DNA of 64,000 bases from Elusimicrobiota bacterium (GTDB lineage Bacteria; Elusimicrobiota; Elusimicrobia; UBA1565; UBA9628): assembly GCA_026388095.1 (NCBI GenBank), contig JAPLKL010000051.1, positions 73,713 to 137,712 of the forward strand. The letters are read 5' to 3'. Every line of letters begins with the position of its first letter. The first letter of the stretch is position 1. Below the pieces are notes generated by a model. That model worked only from the letters and a program-made list of their open reading frames with translations, was not told the DNA's origin and did no database searches. A program made the translations under genes and the position numbers. This document shows positions 9,022 to 18,119 of this stretch, in pieces.

Positions 9022-9594
9022 ATGACTACTAAAGGCTCGAAAGGCTGGTCGGCCATCCGCCGGCAGTTGATCAATCGGACCACGAGAGAGCTGCTGGCTC
9101 TAGTGAAGGACCTCTATGAGGTCTCGGCAGCAAACCGCGATTTCCTGCAAGCTCGCTTCCGGGGTGAAACGGCCGCCGGCCCGGCGCTGGAGCAATACCG
9201 CCGCACGATAGTGGAACAGTTTTTTCCCCAGCACGGCTTTGGCAAGCTCAAGCTCGCCGACGCCCGCAAAGCCATCCGCGACTATCGCAAAGCCACGGGC
9301 AACCCTGAAGGCACAATCGATCTTCTCCTCACCTATGTGGAGAATGGGACTGAGTTCACGAAGGAGTTCGGCGACATCAACGAAGCCTACTACAACAGTC
9401 TGGACTCCGCCCTCGATGAACTGGCGCGCCTGCTGCTCCAGTCCGGCCCCGCGCTCTATGCCCGGTTCCGGAATCGTGCCCTGCGCGTCAAGGAGCTGGC
9501 CAGGGACATCGGCTGGGGCTATGGGGACTCCGTCGCGGACCAAGTCGCGCGACTCGAAACGAGGTTCGGTCATGTCCAAATCCAAAGCTCATAA
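9022..9594 (+). CDS. conserved hypothetical helical protein (DUF6155-like)
   Basis: ARKAIRDYRK, YVENGTEFTKEFGDINEAYY, IGWGYGD motifs. Confidence 0.7.
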   Translation: MTTKGSKGWSAIRRQLINRTTRELLALVKDLYEVSAANRDFLQARFRGETAAGPALEQYRRTIVEQFFPQHGFGKLKLADARKAIRDYRKATGNPEGTIDLLLTYVENGTEFTKEFGDINEAYYNSLDSALDELARLLLQSGPALYARFRNRALRVKELARDIGWGYGDSVADQVARLETRFGHVQIQSS

Positions 9595-9819
9595 ATACTG
9601 GAACAAATTCCGCGGCTGGGCCCGACACTTCGGGGCCATCCGGGCCGAGGAGCCGCAAGCCTTCAGTTGGTGACGGGGATATTCTCGGACTGGTTCCTCA
9701 TGGACCGCAAGCTGACCCTGGTCAAAGGCCAGGTCGTGTCCCTGAGCGGGCAGGCCCAGCGGTACCCGCTCACCGAGGATTGGGACGCCGTCGCGCCCGA
9801 GGCCATCGGCTTCTGATTA

Positions 9820-9844
9820 TGGTACAATGTTCAATATTCGAACA
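9820..9844 (+). promoter_or_regulatory. extended -10 promoter with overlapping palindromic operator (site 1)
   Basis: TGgTACAAT (9820-9828) then TGTTCAATATTCGAACA (9828-9844). Confidence 0.75.
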
Positions 9845-9854
9845 TAGTTCCCAA

Positions 9855-10415
9855 ATGCCCACCCACGACGACACCCTGGCGGAAAAAGAATTCCTCCTCA
9901 TCCAGGAATTATCCCGCAAGCCCAACAGCACCCAGCGCGACCTCTCCCAGAACCTGGGGCTCTCCTTGGGAACGACGAACCTCCTCATCCGCAGGCTGGC
10001 GCGCAAGGGCATCATCAAGGTCACCCAGCTCGACTGGAAGCGCACCCAGTACCTGCTGACCCTCAAGGGCGCGGTGGAGAAGATGCGCAAGGCCTACCAC
10101 TACACCCGCTACACCTTGCGCATCTTCCGCCAGATCCAGGATAACATCAACACGGTCCTCACCCGGGAACACCGCGCCGGCCGCAGGGATTTCGTCCTCG
10201 TGGCCCGCGACGAGATATTGGAGCTCGTCCGAGAGACGGCGGCGGACCTGTCCCTGGCCGACGCGACCTTCACTTTCGTGCCCGCCTTCGACGAGGTCCC
10301 TGCGCGGGCGGACTTGGTCCTTACCGCGACCTTGGAGCCGGCTCCGAGACCCGTCAACGGCCGCCGCTACATGAGCCTGGTGGACTTCGACGACATAGAT
10401 TTCCGCATCCCTTGA
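9855..10415 (+). CDS. winged-helix MarR-type regulator, EPS-associated family
   Basis: STQRDLSQNLGLSLGTTNLLIRRLARKG..YLLTLKG. Confidence 0.88.
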   Translation: MPTHDDTLAEKEFLLIQELSRKPNSTQRDLSQNLGLSLGTTNLLIRRLARKGIIKVTQLDWKRTQYLLTLKGAVEKMRKAYHYTRYTLRIFRQIQDNINTVLTREHRAGRRDFVLVARDEILELVRETAADLSLADATFTFVPAFDEVPARADLVLTATLEPAPRPVNGRRYMSLVDFDDIDFRIP

Positions 10416-10419
10416 CCCC

Positions 10420-11406
10420 ATGAAACGCAGACCTCGCACCCTCGCCGTGGCCACGGAGATCCGCCGCGTCATCGCCTTGGAGGCGCAGGCCCTCAAGGCT
10501 TTGCACGCCTCGGTGGACGGCTCCTACCAGAAGGCCGTGGAGCTCATGGCCCGCTGCCGCGGCAAGGTCATCCTCACGGGCGTGGGCAAATCCGGACTCA
10601 TCGCCCAGAAAGTGGCCGCGACGCTGGCCTCCACCGGAACCCCGGCCATCAACCTCGACCCGGCCGAGGCCAAGCACGGGGGCATCGGCCTCATCCAGCG
10701 CCAGGACCTGGTTTTGGCCATCGGCAAGTCCGGCGAGTCCGACGAGCTCAACGACCTGCTGCCCCGCCTGCGCGCCATCGGCACCAAGCTCATCGCCATC
10801 ACGGCCGAGCCGCGCTCGACCTTGGCGCGCGCCGCGACCGTGGTCCTGATCACGCCCATAGCCCAGGAGGCCTGCCCCCTCAACCTCACCCCGACCTGCA
10901 GCACCACGGCCGCCTTGGCCGTGGGCGACGCTCTGGCCGTGGCGCTCATGAAGCAGCGCAACTTCCAAGCCGAGCAGTTCGCGCGCAACCACCCGGCCGG
11001 CCAGTTGGGCAAGCGCCTGACCTTGACCGTGGCCGACGTCATGCGCTCGGGCAGGAGCAACCCCACCATCGGGGAAGACGCCAGCGTCAGCCGCATGCTC
11101 GTCGAGCTCACCCGCCAGCACGCCGGGGCGGTCTCGGTCGTGGACCGCAAGGGCCGGCTCAAGGGTCTGATCACGGACCGCGACATCCGGCGGGTGCTGG
11201 AGCTCGGACGCAACATCCAGGGGCTCTCGATCGCGCAGATCATGAACCCGAAGCCTACCAGCATCCGCCCCGAGGCCATGGCCTCGCGCGCGGTCGAGAT
11301 CATGGAACTGCGCAAGCGGCCCTTCAACGTCCTGCCCGTGGTGGACGGCCGCGGCCGCAGCGTGGGCATGATCCAGATCCACGACCTGCGCGCGCGCGGG
11401 CTCTAG
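10420..11406 (+). CDS. kdsD: arabinose-5-phosphate isomerase KdsD/KpsF (SIS + 2 CBS)
   Basis: GVGKSG, STGTPA, SGES, PTCSTT, HPAGQLGKRL, CBS pair. Confidence 0.93.
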   Translation: MKRRPRTLAVATEIRRVIALEAQALKALHASVDGSYQKAVELMARCRGKVILTGVGKSGLIAQKVAATLASTGTPAINLDPAEAKHGGIGLIQRQDLVLAIGKSGESDELNDLLPRLRAIGTKLIAITAEPRSTLARAATVVLITPIAQEACPLNLTPTCSTTAALAVGDALAVALMKQRNFQAEQFARNHPAGQLGKRLTLTVADVMRSGRSNPTIGEDASVSRMLVELTRQHAGAVSVVDRKGRLKGLITDRDIRRVLELGRNIQGLSIAQIMNPKPTSIRPEAMASRAVEIMELRKRPFNVLPVVDGRGRSVGMIQIHDLRARGL

Positions 11407-11457
11407 GGCCTGGCCCTGCGCCTCTATGGCGATACCTTTCCCAGCGGGAGACAGAGC

Positions 11458-12339
11458 ATGAAGGGGATCATACTGGCCGGCGGAGCGGGCACTCGGCTCT
11501 ACCCATGCACCAAGGTCGTGAGCAAGCAGATGATGCCGGTCTACGACAAGCCCATGATCTACTATCCGCTCAGCGTCCTGATGCTGGCCGGCATCCGCGA
11601 GGCGCTGATCATCAGCACGCCTCACGATCTGCCCTTCTTCCGCGAGCTCCTGGGAGACGGGACGCGCCTCGGGATGCGCTTCGCCTACGCCGAGCAGCCT
11701 CGCCCCGAGGGCCTGGCCCAGGCCTTCCTCATCGGCAAGGACTTCCTGGCCGGAGAGCCGGCCGGCCTGATCCTGGGCGACAACATCCTTTACGGCCATG
11801 GCATGACCGAGATGCTGCAGAAGGCGGCGCAGACCAGCCACGGCGGCCTCATCTTCGCGTATCAGGTGAAAGACCCGGAACGCTATGGCGTCGTGGAGTT
11901 CGACGCCCACGGCAAAGCCATCTCGCTGGCCGAAAAGCCCAAACGGCCCAAGAGCCACTACGCGGTCCCCGGCCTGTATTTCTACGGGCCCGAGGTTTGC
12001 GCCGAGGCGGCCAAGCTCAAGCCCAGCCCCCGCAACGAGTTGGAGATCACCGATCTCAACACCGCCTTCCTAAAGCGCGGGGAACTGCAGGTCCTGAAGA
12101 TGGGCCGGGGCATCGCCTGGCTCGATACCGGGACGCACCAGAGCCTCATGGACGCGGCGAGCTTCGTCCAGACGGTCCAGGACCGCCAAGGGCTCATGGT
12201 GGCCTGCCTTGAAGAGATCGCCTTGATGGCCGGCTGGATCGGGCTGGATGAGGTCAAGGCCGAGGCGGAAAGGATGGGCAAGAGCCCCTACTCCAGCTAT
12301 CTGCGGCATCTGCTGGCGCCAGACAGCGAAATTCAGTGA
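11458..12339 (+). CDS. rfbA: glucose-1-phosphate thymidylyltransferase
   Basis: [41 protein letters not shown]. Confidence 0.96.
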   Translation: MKGIILAGGAGTRLYPCTKVVSKQMMPVYDKPMIYYPLSVLMLAGIREALIISTPHDLPFFRELLGDGTRLGMRFAYAEQPRPEGLAQAFLIGKDFLAGEPAGLILGDNILYGHGMTEMLQKAAQTSHGGLIFAYQVKDPERYGVVEFDAHGKAISLAEKPKRPKSHYAVPGLYFYGPEVCAEAAKLKPSPRNELEITDLNTAFLKRGELQVLKMGRGIAWLDTGTHQSLMDAASFVQTVQDRQGLMVACLEEIALMAGWIGLDEVKAEAERMGKSPYSSYLRHLLAPDSEIQ

Positions 12340-13529
12340 TCGGACAAGGGCTGACCGCGGCTCTGACGGTCCTGGCCTTCATCCTGCCGATCTCCATCGC
12401 GGGGACCAACATGGCCCTGTTCCTCATCGGACTGCTCCTATTGGCGGGCATCGCGAGCAGAACTCCTCTGGAATGGCGCCGCGCCTGCGTCCCGGCTTTC
12501 TGGTGTCTCTGCATCTACTGCGCCGTGGCCGTGGTGACGTCCTTGACGGGAGTCTTGTCGAAGAACAGCCTGCACGATCTTCACAAGGATCTTCACAAGT
12601 TCGGCGTCTTTCTCGGCCTCCTGGTCGCCTTGCGCGCGGCCCCCGCGCGCCGCTTGCCGGGCGCGCTGGCTTTGGGCTTCACTTTCATAGCCGGCTTCGG
12701 GATCGCGCAGTTCTGCCTGGACGCCCACCGGGCGCTCCAGGCCTACGGCACGCTCAGCGCCGGGATCCGAGCTCACGCCTTCGTGCATCCCGTGACGTAT
12801 GGGGAGATCCTGGCGCTGGGGCTGTTGGGAGCGCTCTCGGCGGTGGGCGCGACCGGGAGCACGCAGACGCAGCGCCGGCCGGCTCTCGCTTTCCTGGCCC
12901 TGGGAGCGGCGGCTTTGATCCTGAACCAGACCCGCGGCGCTTTGCTGGGCGTGGCGGCCGGCTTCGCCGCCTTATGCGCGGCCGAGCCGTCCTTCCGGCG
13001 CTGGCTCAAGTGGGGCGTCGCGGCCGCGGTGCTGGGAGCCATCCTGATGGAGCTTCTTCCCACCGGCAGGTCTCTCATGGCTTCTGTGGCGCATCACGGG
13101 ACCGCGGTCGGCGGGAACCCTCAGCTCCATCGCTTCATCTTGTGGGACGTGGCTTGGCGCATCTTCAAAGACCATCCTTGGCTGGGGGTGGGCCCCGCCA
13201 ATTACGCCACCGTGTTCGCCGAATACCACCAGGGGATGTTCGAAGGTCAGAGCGTCTGGGGCTCCGCGCACAATCTCTTCCTGCATCAGTCGGCGGAACG
13301 GGGGCTCCTGGGGCTGGCGGCCTTGGCCGCCTTGTGGACCGCTTTTCTGGCCGGGGCTTGGAAGCGGGCCCGCGCTTTGCCCGATGCCTGGAACCTGTGG
13401 GCCTTGGCCGCCACGGCCGCGTTCTTCGTCATGAACTTCACCGAGACCGCGTTCCAGATCGAGCAGGTCACGACCCTCTTCCTCCTCATCTGGGCGCGCG
13501 CGGAAGCCCGACACCATGCCCAGACCTGA
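12336..13529 (+). CDS. O-antigen ligase / O-OTase family (Wzy_C) protein 1
   Basis: multi-[26 protein letters not shown]. Confidence 0.85.
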   Translation: MIGQGLTAALTVLAFILPISIAGTNMALFLIGLLLLAGIASRTPLEWRRACVPAFWCLCIYCAVAVVTSLTGVLSKNSLHDLHKDLHKFGVFLGLLVALRAAPARRLPGALALGFTFIAGFGIAQFCLDAHRALQAYGTLSAGIRAHAFVHPVTYGEILALGLLGALSAVGATGSTQTQRRPALAFLALGAAALILNQTRGALLGVAAGFAALCAAEPSFRRWLKWGVAAAVLGAILMELLPTGRSLMASVAHHGTAVGGNPQLHRFILWDVAWRIFKDHPWLGVGPANYATVFAEYHQGMFEGQSVWGSAHNLFLHQSAERGLLGLAALAALWTAFLAGAWKRARALPDAWNLWALAATAAFFVMNFTETAFQIEQVTTLFLLIWARAEARHHAQT

Positions 13530-14742
13530 GCCGCTGGTCCTGGCCCGCTGGGCGATGCGGTTCTGCCTCTGCTGTTTCTGCTTTCTGGTCACCTGGACCA
13601 TCGCGGGCGCCAACGTGGCCTGGGGCGTCCTCTTGGCGAGCCTCGTCGCCTTCGCCGCTCTCGGCGGGACCGTGGCCCTGGGAGCGCACCGCAGCGCCAT
13701 CGAGATACCCCTCTGGGTCTTCCTGGGAGCCGCCATCCTCGCCTGCGCCCTGGGGGTGGACCCGGCGCACAGCTTCCGGTCCATCAACAAGGACGTCCAT
13801 AAAGTCTTCATCTACACTTTGTTCTCCATCGCGCTGGCCACGGAATTGGCGCCGCAGGGCCTGGCCTGCATGGCGGCGGGCTTCGCCGTGGCCGGCGGCG
13901 TCGGGATCCGCCAGGGGATAGGCTATCTCGCGACGCACCAGTACTGGTACCGGGCCCACGCTTTGGTCCACCCGGTGACCTTCGGCGAGCAGATGGCCGT
14001 GGCCACGCTCGGCGCGGTCTCCTTTCTGGCCCTGCCTGAAGGCATCCTGAAGACGTCCTGGCAGCGCTGGCTGGCCCGCCTGGTGCTGGTCGTGACCGCG
14101 GCGGCCCTGGTCTTAAGCGAGACCCGCGCCGCTCTGCTCGGGCTCCTGGCGGGCCTGGCGGTGATCTCATTCTTCATCCGCCGCCTGCGCCTGCCCCTGG
14201 GCCTGGCCCTCCTTGTCGTGGCGCTGGCCATGCCGTTCATGGAACGTGCTCGCTACGGCCGCGCCCTGATGACGGACGTGCTGCTGGCTCAGCACCAGGG
14301 GACTATCCAGGCCGGCGGCCAATTGGAGCGCCTGCTGCTCTGGCGCGTGGCCTGGTCCATGGGCAAGGACCACTTCTGGACCGGAGTCGGGATCGGGAAC
14401 TTCCGCGCCATGCTGCCGCATTATCTCAGCGCCAAGTTCTCGGATGGGACGAACAGCTGGGGCACGGCCCACAACCTCTATCTGCACACCTTCGCGGAGA
14501 GAGGCGTTCTCGGGCTCTGCGCGCTCGTCTGGCTGCTGGGGGCGCTCTGGCTGCGCGCCTGGCAGCGAACGCGCCAGGAGGCGAGCCCCTGGAACCTTTG
14601 GGCCCTGGGCACGGCCACGGCTTTTCTGGTCATGAACATGACCGAAGAGGCCCTGCAGGTCGAGATCGTCTGGATGCTCGTCTTCTTCGTCTGGGTCTGG
14701 GCTGAGGCGCGCCACCGTCAAAGGGAAGGCTCATGGTCCTGA
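13516..14742 (+). CDS. O-antigen ligase / O-OTase family (Wzy_C) protein 2
   Basis: multi-TM, TRAA, GVGIGNF, AHNLYLH..ERGVLG; paralogue of upstream gene. Confidence 0.85.
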   Translation: MPRPEPLVLARWAMRFCLCCFCFLVTWTIAGANVAWGVLLASLVAFAALGGTVALGAHRSAIEIPLWVFLGAAILACALGVDPAHSFRSINKDVHKVFIYTLFSIALATELAPQGLACMAAGFAVAGGVGIRQGIGYLATHQYWYRAHALVHPVTFGEQMAVATLGAVSFLALPEGILKTSWQRWLARLVLVVTAAALVLSETRAALLGLLAGLAVISFFIRRLRLPLGLALLVVALAMPFMERARYGRALMTDVLLAQHQGTIQAGGQLERLLLWRVAWSMGKDHFWTGVGIGNFRAMLPHYLSAKFSDGTNSWGTAHNLYLHTFAERGVLGLCALVWLLGALWLRAWQRTRQEASPWNLWALGTATAFLVMNMTEEALQVEIVWMLVFFVWVWAEARHRQREGSWS

Positions 14743-16007
14743 AGGGCGAAGCGAGCGTGACCCGCCGCCTGCGGCGCAATTCCTTCTGGAAGATTGTGGG
14801 CGACGGAAGCCGCGGCCTTCTGGCGGTGTTCCTGCTCCTGGTCGCGCGCCACTACGGGCCGGCCGCATTCGGCGTGTTCTCCTTGCTCTATGCCGCCGCC
14901 ATCTTCTTCTCCCTCCTGGCCGATCTCGGCCTCAATCTCCTGACCACCCGGCAGATCGCGGCCCACAAGTCGGATCCCGGGGCGTATCTGCAGACCTTTT
15001 TCACCTGCAAGCTCATCATCCTTCCCCTCTGGGTCATCCTGCCGGTCCTCGTCTGCAGACTGTGCCCCTATCCGGGGATATCCATCTCCTTGGTCGCGCT
15101 CTTGGCGGCGTCGTTCGCCATGCGCAATCTCCTGGAATTCTTCGGCGCAATATTCAGCGGCTTCGAGCAGATCCAATATGAAGCCGTCCTGAAGCTGGCC
15201 GCGCACACGCTCTTGCTCGGCCTCGGCATCTGGTTCATGTCCCGAGACCTCTCCATCACCTGGATCGGCGCCGCCATGCTGGGCGGCTACCTTGCGGCCG
15301 CGGTCTGCGGCGCCGTCTGGTGCCAAAGCAAATGGCGGATCCTCCCGCTGGTTTTCCACACCGAGGGACTTGCCATATTGTATGCCGAGGCTCTGCCGCT
15401 GATCTTGATGGGGGCTGGCCTGGCGGCGCTGACCAAATGGAACACGCTGATGCTCGGCTTCTTCGGCGTGGCGGCGGCGCAGATCGGCTGGTTCAGCGCC
15501 TCGGAGAAGGTCATCGCGGCTTTGGAGGTGCTGCCCATGCTGGTCACCGCGGCCAGCTACCCGGTGCTCTCCGACCTGCACAAGAACGACCCCGCCGGCT
15601 TCGCATCCGCCAAGGCCCGCCTGCTCAAGACGTTCCTCGGCATCGGCCTGCTGGCGGGGGCGGCCATCACGCTGTCAAGCGGGCCGATGATCCGCATCCT
15701 CTACGGCGCATCTTACGCCGGCGCCCGCCCGGCATTGTGCCTTCTGGCCTTCGGGCTGACGGCGGCGTTCCCGAACTGCATGCTGCTCAATATCCTGGTG
15801 GCTTCCGGCCGCTCCGCGGACGGCGCGCGCGCCGCCTTGATCGCCTGCGGCGCGAACATCCTGCTGACTTTGGTGCTGATCCCGGCCTGGGGCATCAACG
15901 GCTCGGCCTTGGCCTCGACCTTGGCGCAGGTGGTCCTGTTCGCCGCGGGCTATGCCTTCGCGGCCAAAGCCCGGACCCGGCCCGCCGCGGTGGGCACCCC
16001 CGCATAA
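14733..16007 (+). CDS. wzx: Wzx-type flippase
   Basis: ~12 TM, ARHYGPAAFG, ADLGL, LIPAWGINGSALAS. Confidence 0.88.
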   Translation: MVLKGEASVTRRLRRNSFWKIVGDGSRGLLAVFLLLVARHYGPAAFGVFSLLYAAAIFFSLLADLGLNLLTTRQIAAHKSDPGAYLQTFFTCKLIILPLWVILPVLVCRLCPYPGISISLVALLAASFAMRNLLEFFGAIFSGFEQIQYEAVLKLAAHTLLLGLGIWFMSRDLSITWIGAAMLGGYLAAAVCGAVWCQSKWRILPLVFHTEGLAILYAEALPLILMGAGLAALTKWNTLMLGFFGVAAAQIGWFSASEKVIAALEVLPMLVTAASYPVLSDLHKNDPAGFASAKARLLKTFLGIGLLAGAAITLSSGPMIRILYGASYAGARPALCLLAFGLTAAFPNCMLLNILVASGRSADGARAALIACGANILLTLVLIPAWGINGSALASTLAQVVLFAAGYAFAAKARTRPAAVGTPA

Positions 16008-16072
16008 CCCCGCGGTTCTCCAAGCCGGTTTTTCGCGGGACTCCGCATGGGACAGTTTGAAAGGCGATTTTA

Positions 16073-16109
16073 TGCTATATTGATATTTGATTACTAATCG
16101 CTCAATATA
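16073..16109 (+). promoter_or_regulatory. extended -10 with long inverted repeat upstream of the ATPase
   Basis: TGcTATATT; TATATTGA..GATTA-C-TAATC..TCAATATA. Confidence 0.6.
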
Positions 16110-16121
16110 CAAGGTAGAGTC

Positions 16122-17273
16122 ATGCACATCAGACGAAGCGCTCTTCTACAGGATCTTCACCGCAGCGTGAAGGATCATCCGGTCACGGCCATTCTGGGGC
16201 CCCGCCAGTGCGGCAAGACCACGCTGGCTCGCGAATTGAACCGTCAGATCAAGGGGGCGTTCTTCGACCTCGAGAACCGTCAGGACCTAGCCCGCTTGCA
16301 GGACCCGATCCGTGTCTTGGGAGACCTCAGAGGCCTGATCATCTTGGACGAGGTCCAGAAGCAGCCTGGCCTCTTGGAGACCTTGCGGGTCTTGGCTGAC
16401 CGCCGGCCGCGGCGGGCGTCCTTCCTTATCCTCGGGAGCGCTTCGCCCGATCTTCTCCGGCATTCTTCGGAGTCCCTGGCCGGGCGGGTCCACTTCGTCG
16501 ACATGGGGGGATTCGACTTGGCCGAAGCGCCCCATATCGACCGGCTCTGGCTGCGGGGGGGCTTCCCGCCCTCCTACCTGGCCGCAAGCCTCGCCAAGAG
16601 CTTCGCTTGGCGGGAGGACTTCCTGCAGACTTTCCTGGAGCGCGATATCCCGCAGTGGGGCATCCGCGTGCCGGCTGCTACGCTCAGGCGCTTCTGGGGG
16701 ATGCTCGCCCACTACCACGGACAGACCTGGAACGCTTCCGAGATTGCATCCTCGTTGGGGACGGCCCATACCACCACGCAGCATTACCTCGAAATCCTGA
16801 CCGGCGCCTTCATGGTCAGGCAGTTGCCGCCTTGGCACGAGAACCTGGGCAAGCGACTGGTCAAAGCGCCCAAGGTGTATATCCGGGATTCGGGGCTCTT
16901 CCATTCACTCATGAGCCTCGAAACCAAGGAAAGTCTTTACGCTCACCCGAAATTCGGGGCATCCTGGGAAGGCTTTGCCCTGGAGCAGCTGGTCCGGCGA
17001 GTCCCTGACCGGCATGCCTATTTCTGGGGGACCCACGCCGGAGCGGAATTGGACCTGCTGCTCATCCGCGACGGTAAACGCTGGGGGTTTGAATTCAAAG
17101 TGAGCGAGGCGCCGAGCCTCACGAAATCGATGCGCATCTCCTTGAAGGATCTGAACCTCCAGCGTCTCTGGGCGGTCTATCCTGGGGCACACCGGTTTCC
17201 GATGGCTGATCGTATCGAGGCGATCCCTCTAGCTCAGGCCCTGCAGCTAGACGTGGTGAAGATGAATCATTAG
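16122..17273 (+). CDS. AAA+ ATPase (AAA_14) with DUF4143 nuclease-like C-terminal domain
   Basis: GPRQCGKTT Walker A, ILDEVQ Walker B, ESLAGR, RGGFP, PKVYIRDSG, ELDLL..FEFK. Confidence 0.9.
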   Translation: MHIRRSALLQDLHRSVKDHPVTAILGPRQCGKTTLARELNRQIKGAFFDLENRQDLARLQDPIRVLGDLRGLIILDEVQKQPGLLETLRVLADRRPRRASFLILGSASPDLLRHSSESLAGRVHFVDMGGFDLAEAPHIDRLWLRGGFPPSYLAASLAKSFAWREDFLQTFLERDIPQWGIRVPAATLRRFWGMLAHYHGQTWNASEIASSLGTAHTTTQHYLEILTGAFMVRQLPPWHENLGKRLVKAPKVYIRDSGLFHSLMSLETKESLYAHPKFGASWEGFALEQLVRRVPDRHAYFWGTHAGAELDLLLIRDGKRWGFEFKVSEAPSLTKSMRISLKDLNLQRLWAVYPGAHRFPMADRIEAIPLAQALQLDVVKMNH

Positions 17274-17275
17274 CG

Positions 17276-18067
17276 ATGCGGCTCTCCATCATCATCGTCC
17301 ACCACAACGCGCATGCCTATTTGAGGTCATGCCTGCGTTCCGTCCAAAAGGCCGGGGCGGGGCTTTCCGTGGAGACCATCGTGGTCGACAACGCCTCGCA
17401 GGACATGGCCGCGCTGACGCAAGAACACCCGCAGGCGCTTTGGGTTTTGAACAAGGACAACGTGGGCTGGGGAGCCGCGATCAACCAAGGCGCGGCGAAA
17501 AGCCGTGGCGACCTCCTGGTCTTCCTGAATCCGGACGCCGAGCTTTTGCCGGATTCTCTGAAGGAACTGCATGCCTTCTGCTCGGGGAAGACGGCGGAGC
17601 GACTGGGACCGGTCGGAGGCAAGCTCCTGTTTTCAGACGGCAGGCTCCAGCCCTCCTGCGGCCCTTTCCCACGCCTGCTCAGAATGCTTTGGCGCCGTCT
17701 ATTGCCGCCGGCAAAGAGGAAATACCACCTCCGCCAGCCTGATAGCGCCAGCCCGGTGGATTGGGTCACAGGCGCCTTCATGGCCGTCCGGCGATCTGTT
17801 TTCGAGGAATTGGGAGGCTTCGACAGCGGCTTTTTCCTTTATTATGAGGACGTGGACTTATGCATCCGGGCCGGGCAAAATGGCTATCCCGCCTATTTTC
17901 TCCCAGGGGCTGTCGCCTATCATCACCATCCCCATGCCGTGCGCGCCAAGCCGGATCCGCGACTCAGGCGCATCATCCAGGATTCAAGGTCGCGCTACTT
18001 TGAGAAGCACCGTCCGGCCTGGGAGCAGTGGGGCCTGAAACAACTACAACGCTTGGAGAACGATTGA
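17276..18067 (+). CDS. GT2 glycosyltransferase (WbbL/rhamnosyltransferase-like)
   Basis: VVDNAS, LNPD, GGFDSGFFLYYEDVDLC. Confidence 0.88.
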   Translation: MRLSIIIVHHNAHAYLRSCLRSVQKAGAGLSVETIVVDNASQDMAALTQEHPQALWVLNKDNVGWGAAINQGAAKSRGDLLVFLNPDAELLPDSLKELHAFCSGKTAERLGPVGGKLLFSDGRLQPSCGPFPRLLRMLWRRLLPPAKRKYHLRQPDSASPVDWVTGAFMAVRRSVFEELGGFDSGFFLYYEDVDLCIRAGQNGYPAYFLPGAVAYHHHPHAVRAKPDPRLRRIIQDSRSRYFEKHRPAWEQWGLKQLQRLEND

Positions 18068-18119
18068 TAAGGCCTTTCCATAGGATGTGAGCCTTGGGAG
18101 CCATCAAGAGTTAAGCGCC

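Noticed and set aside
12576-12599. (GATCTTCACAAG)x2 tandem repeat in ligase 1
   Set aside because: In frame and the same length as the paralogue's segment; no sign of expansion
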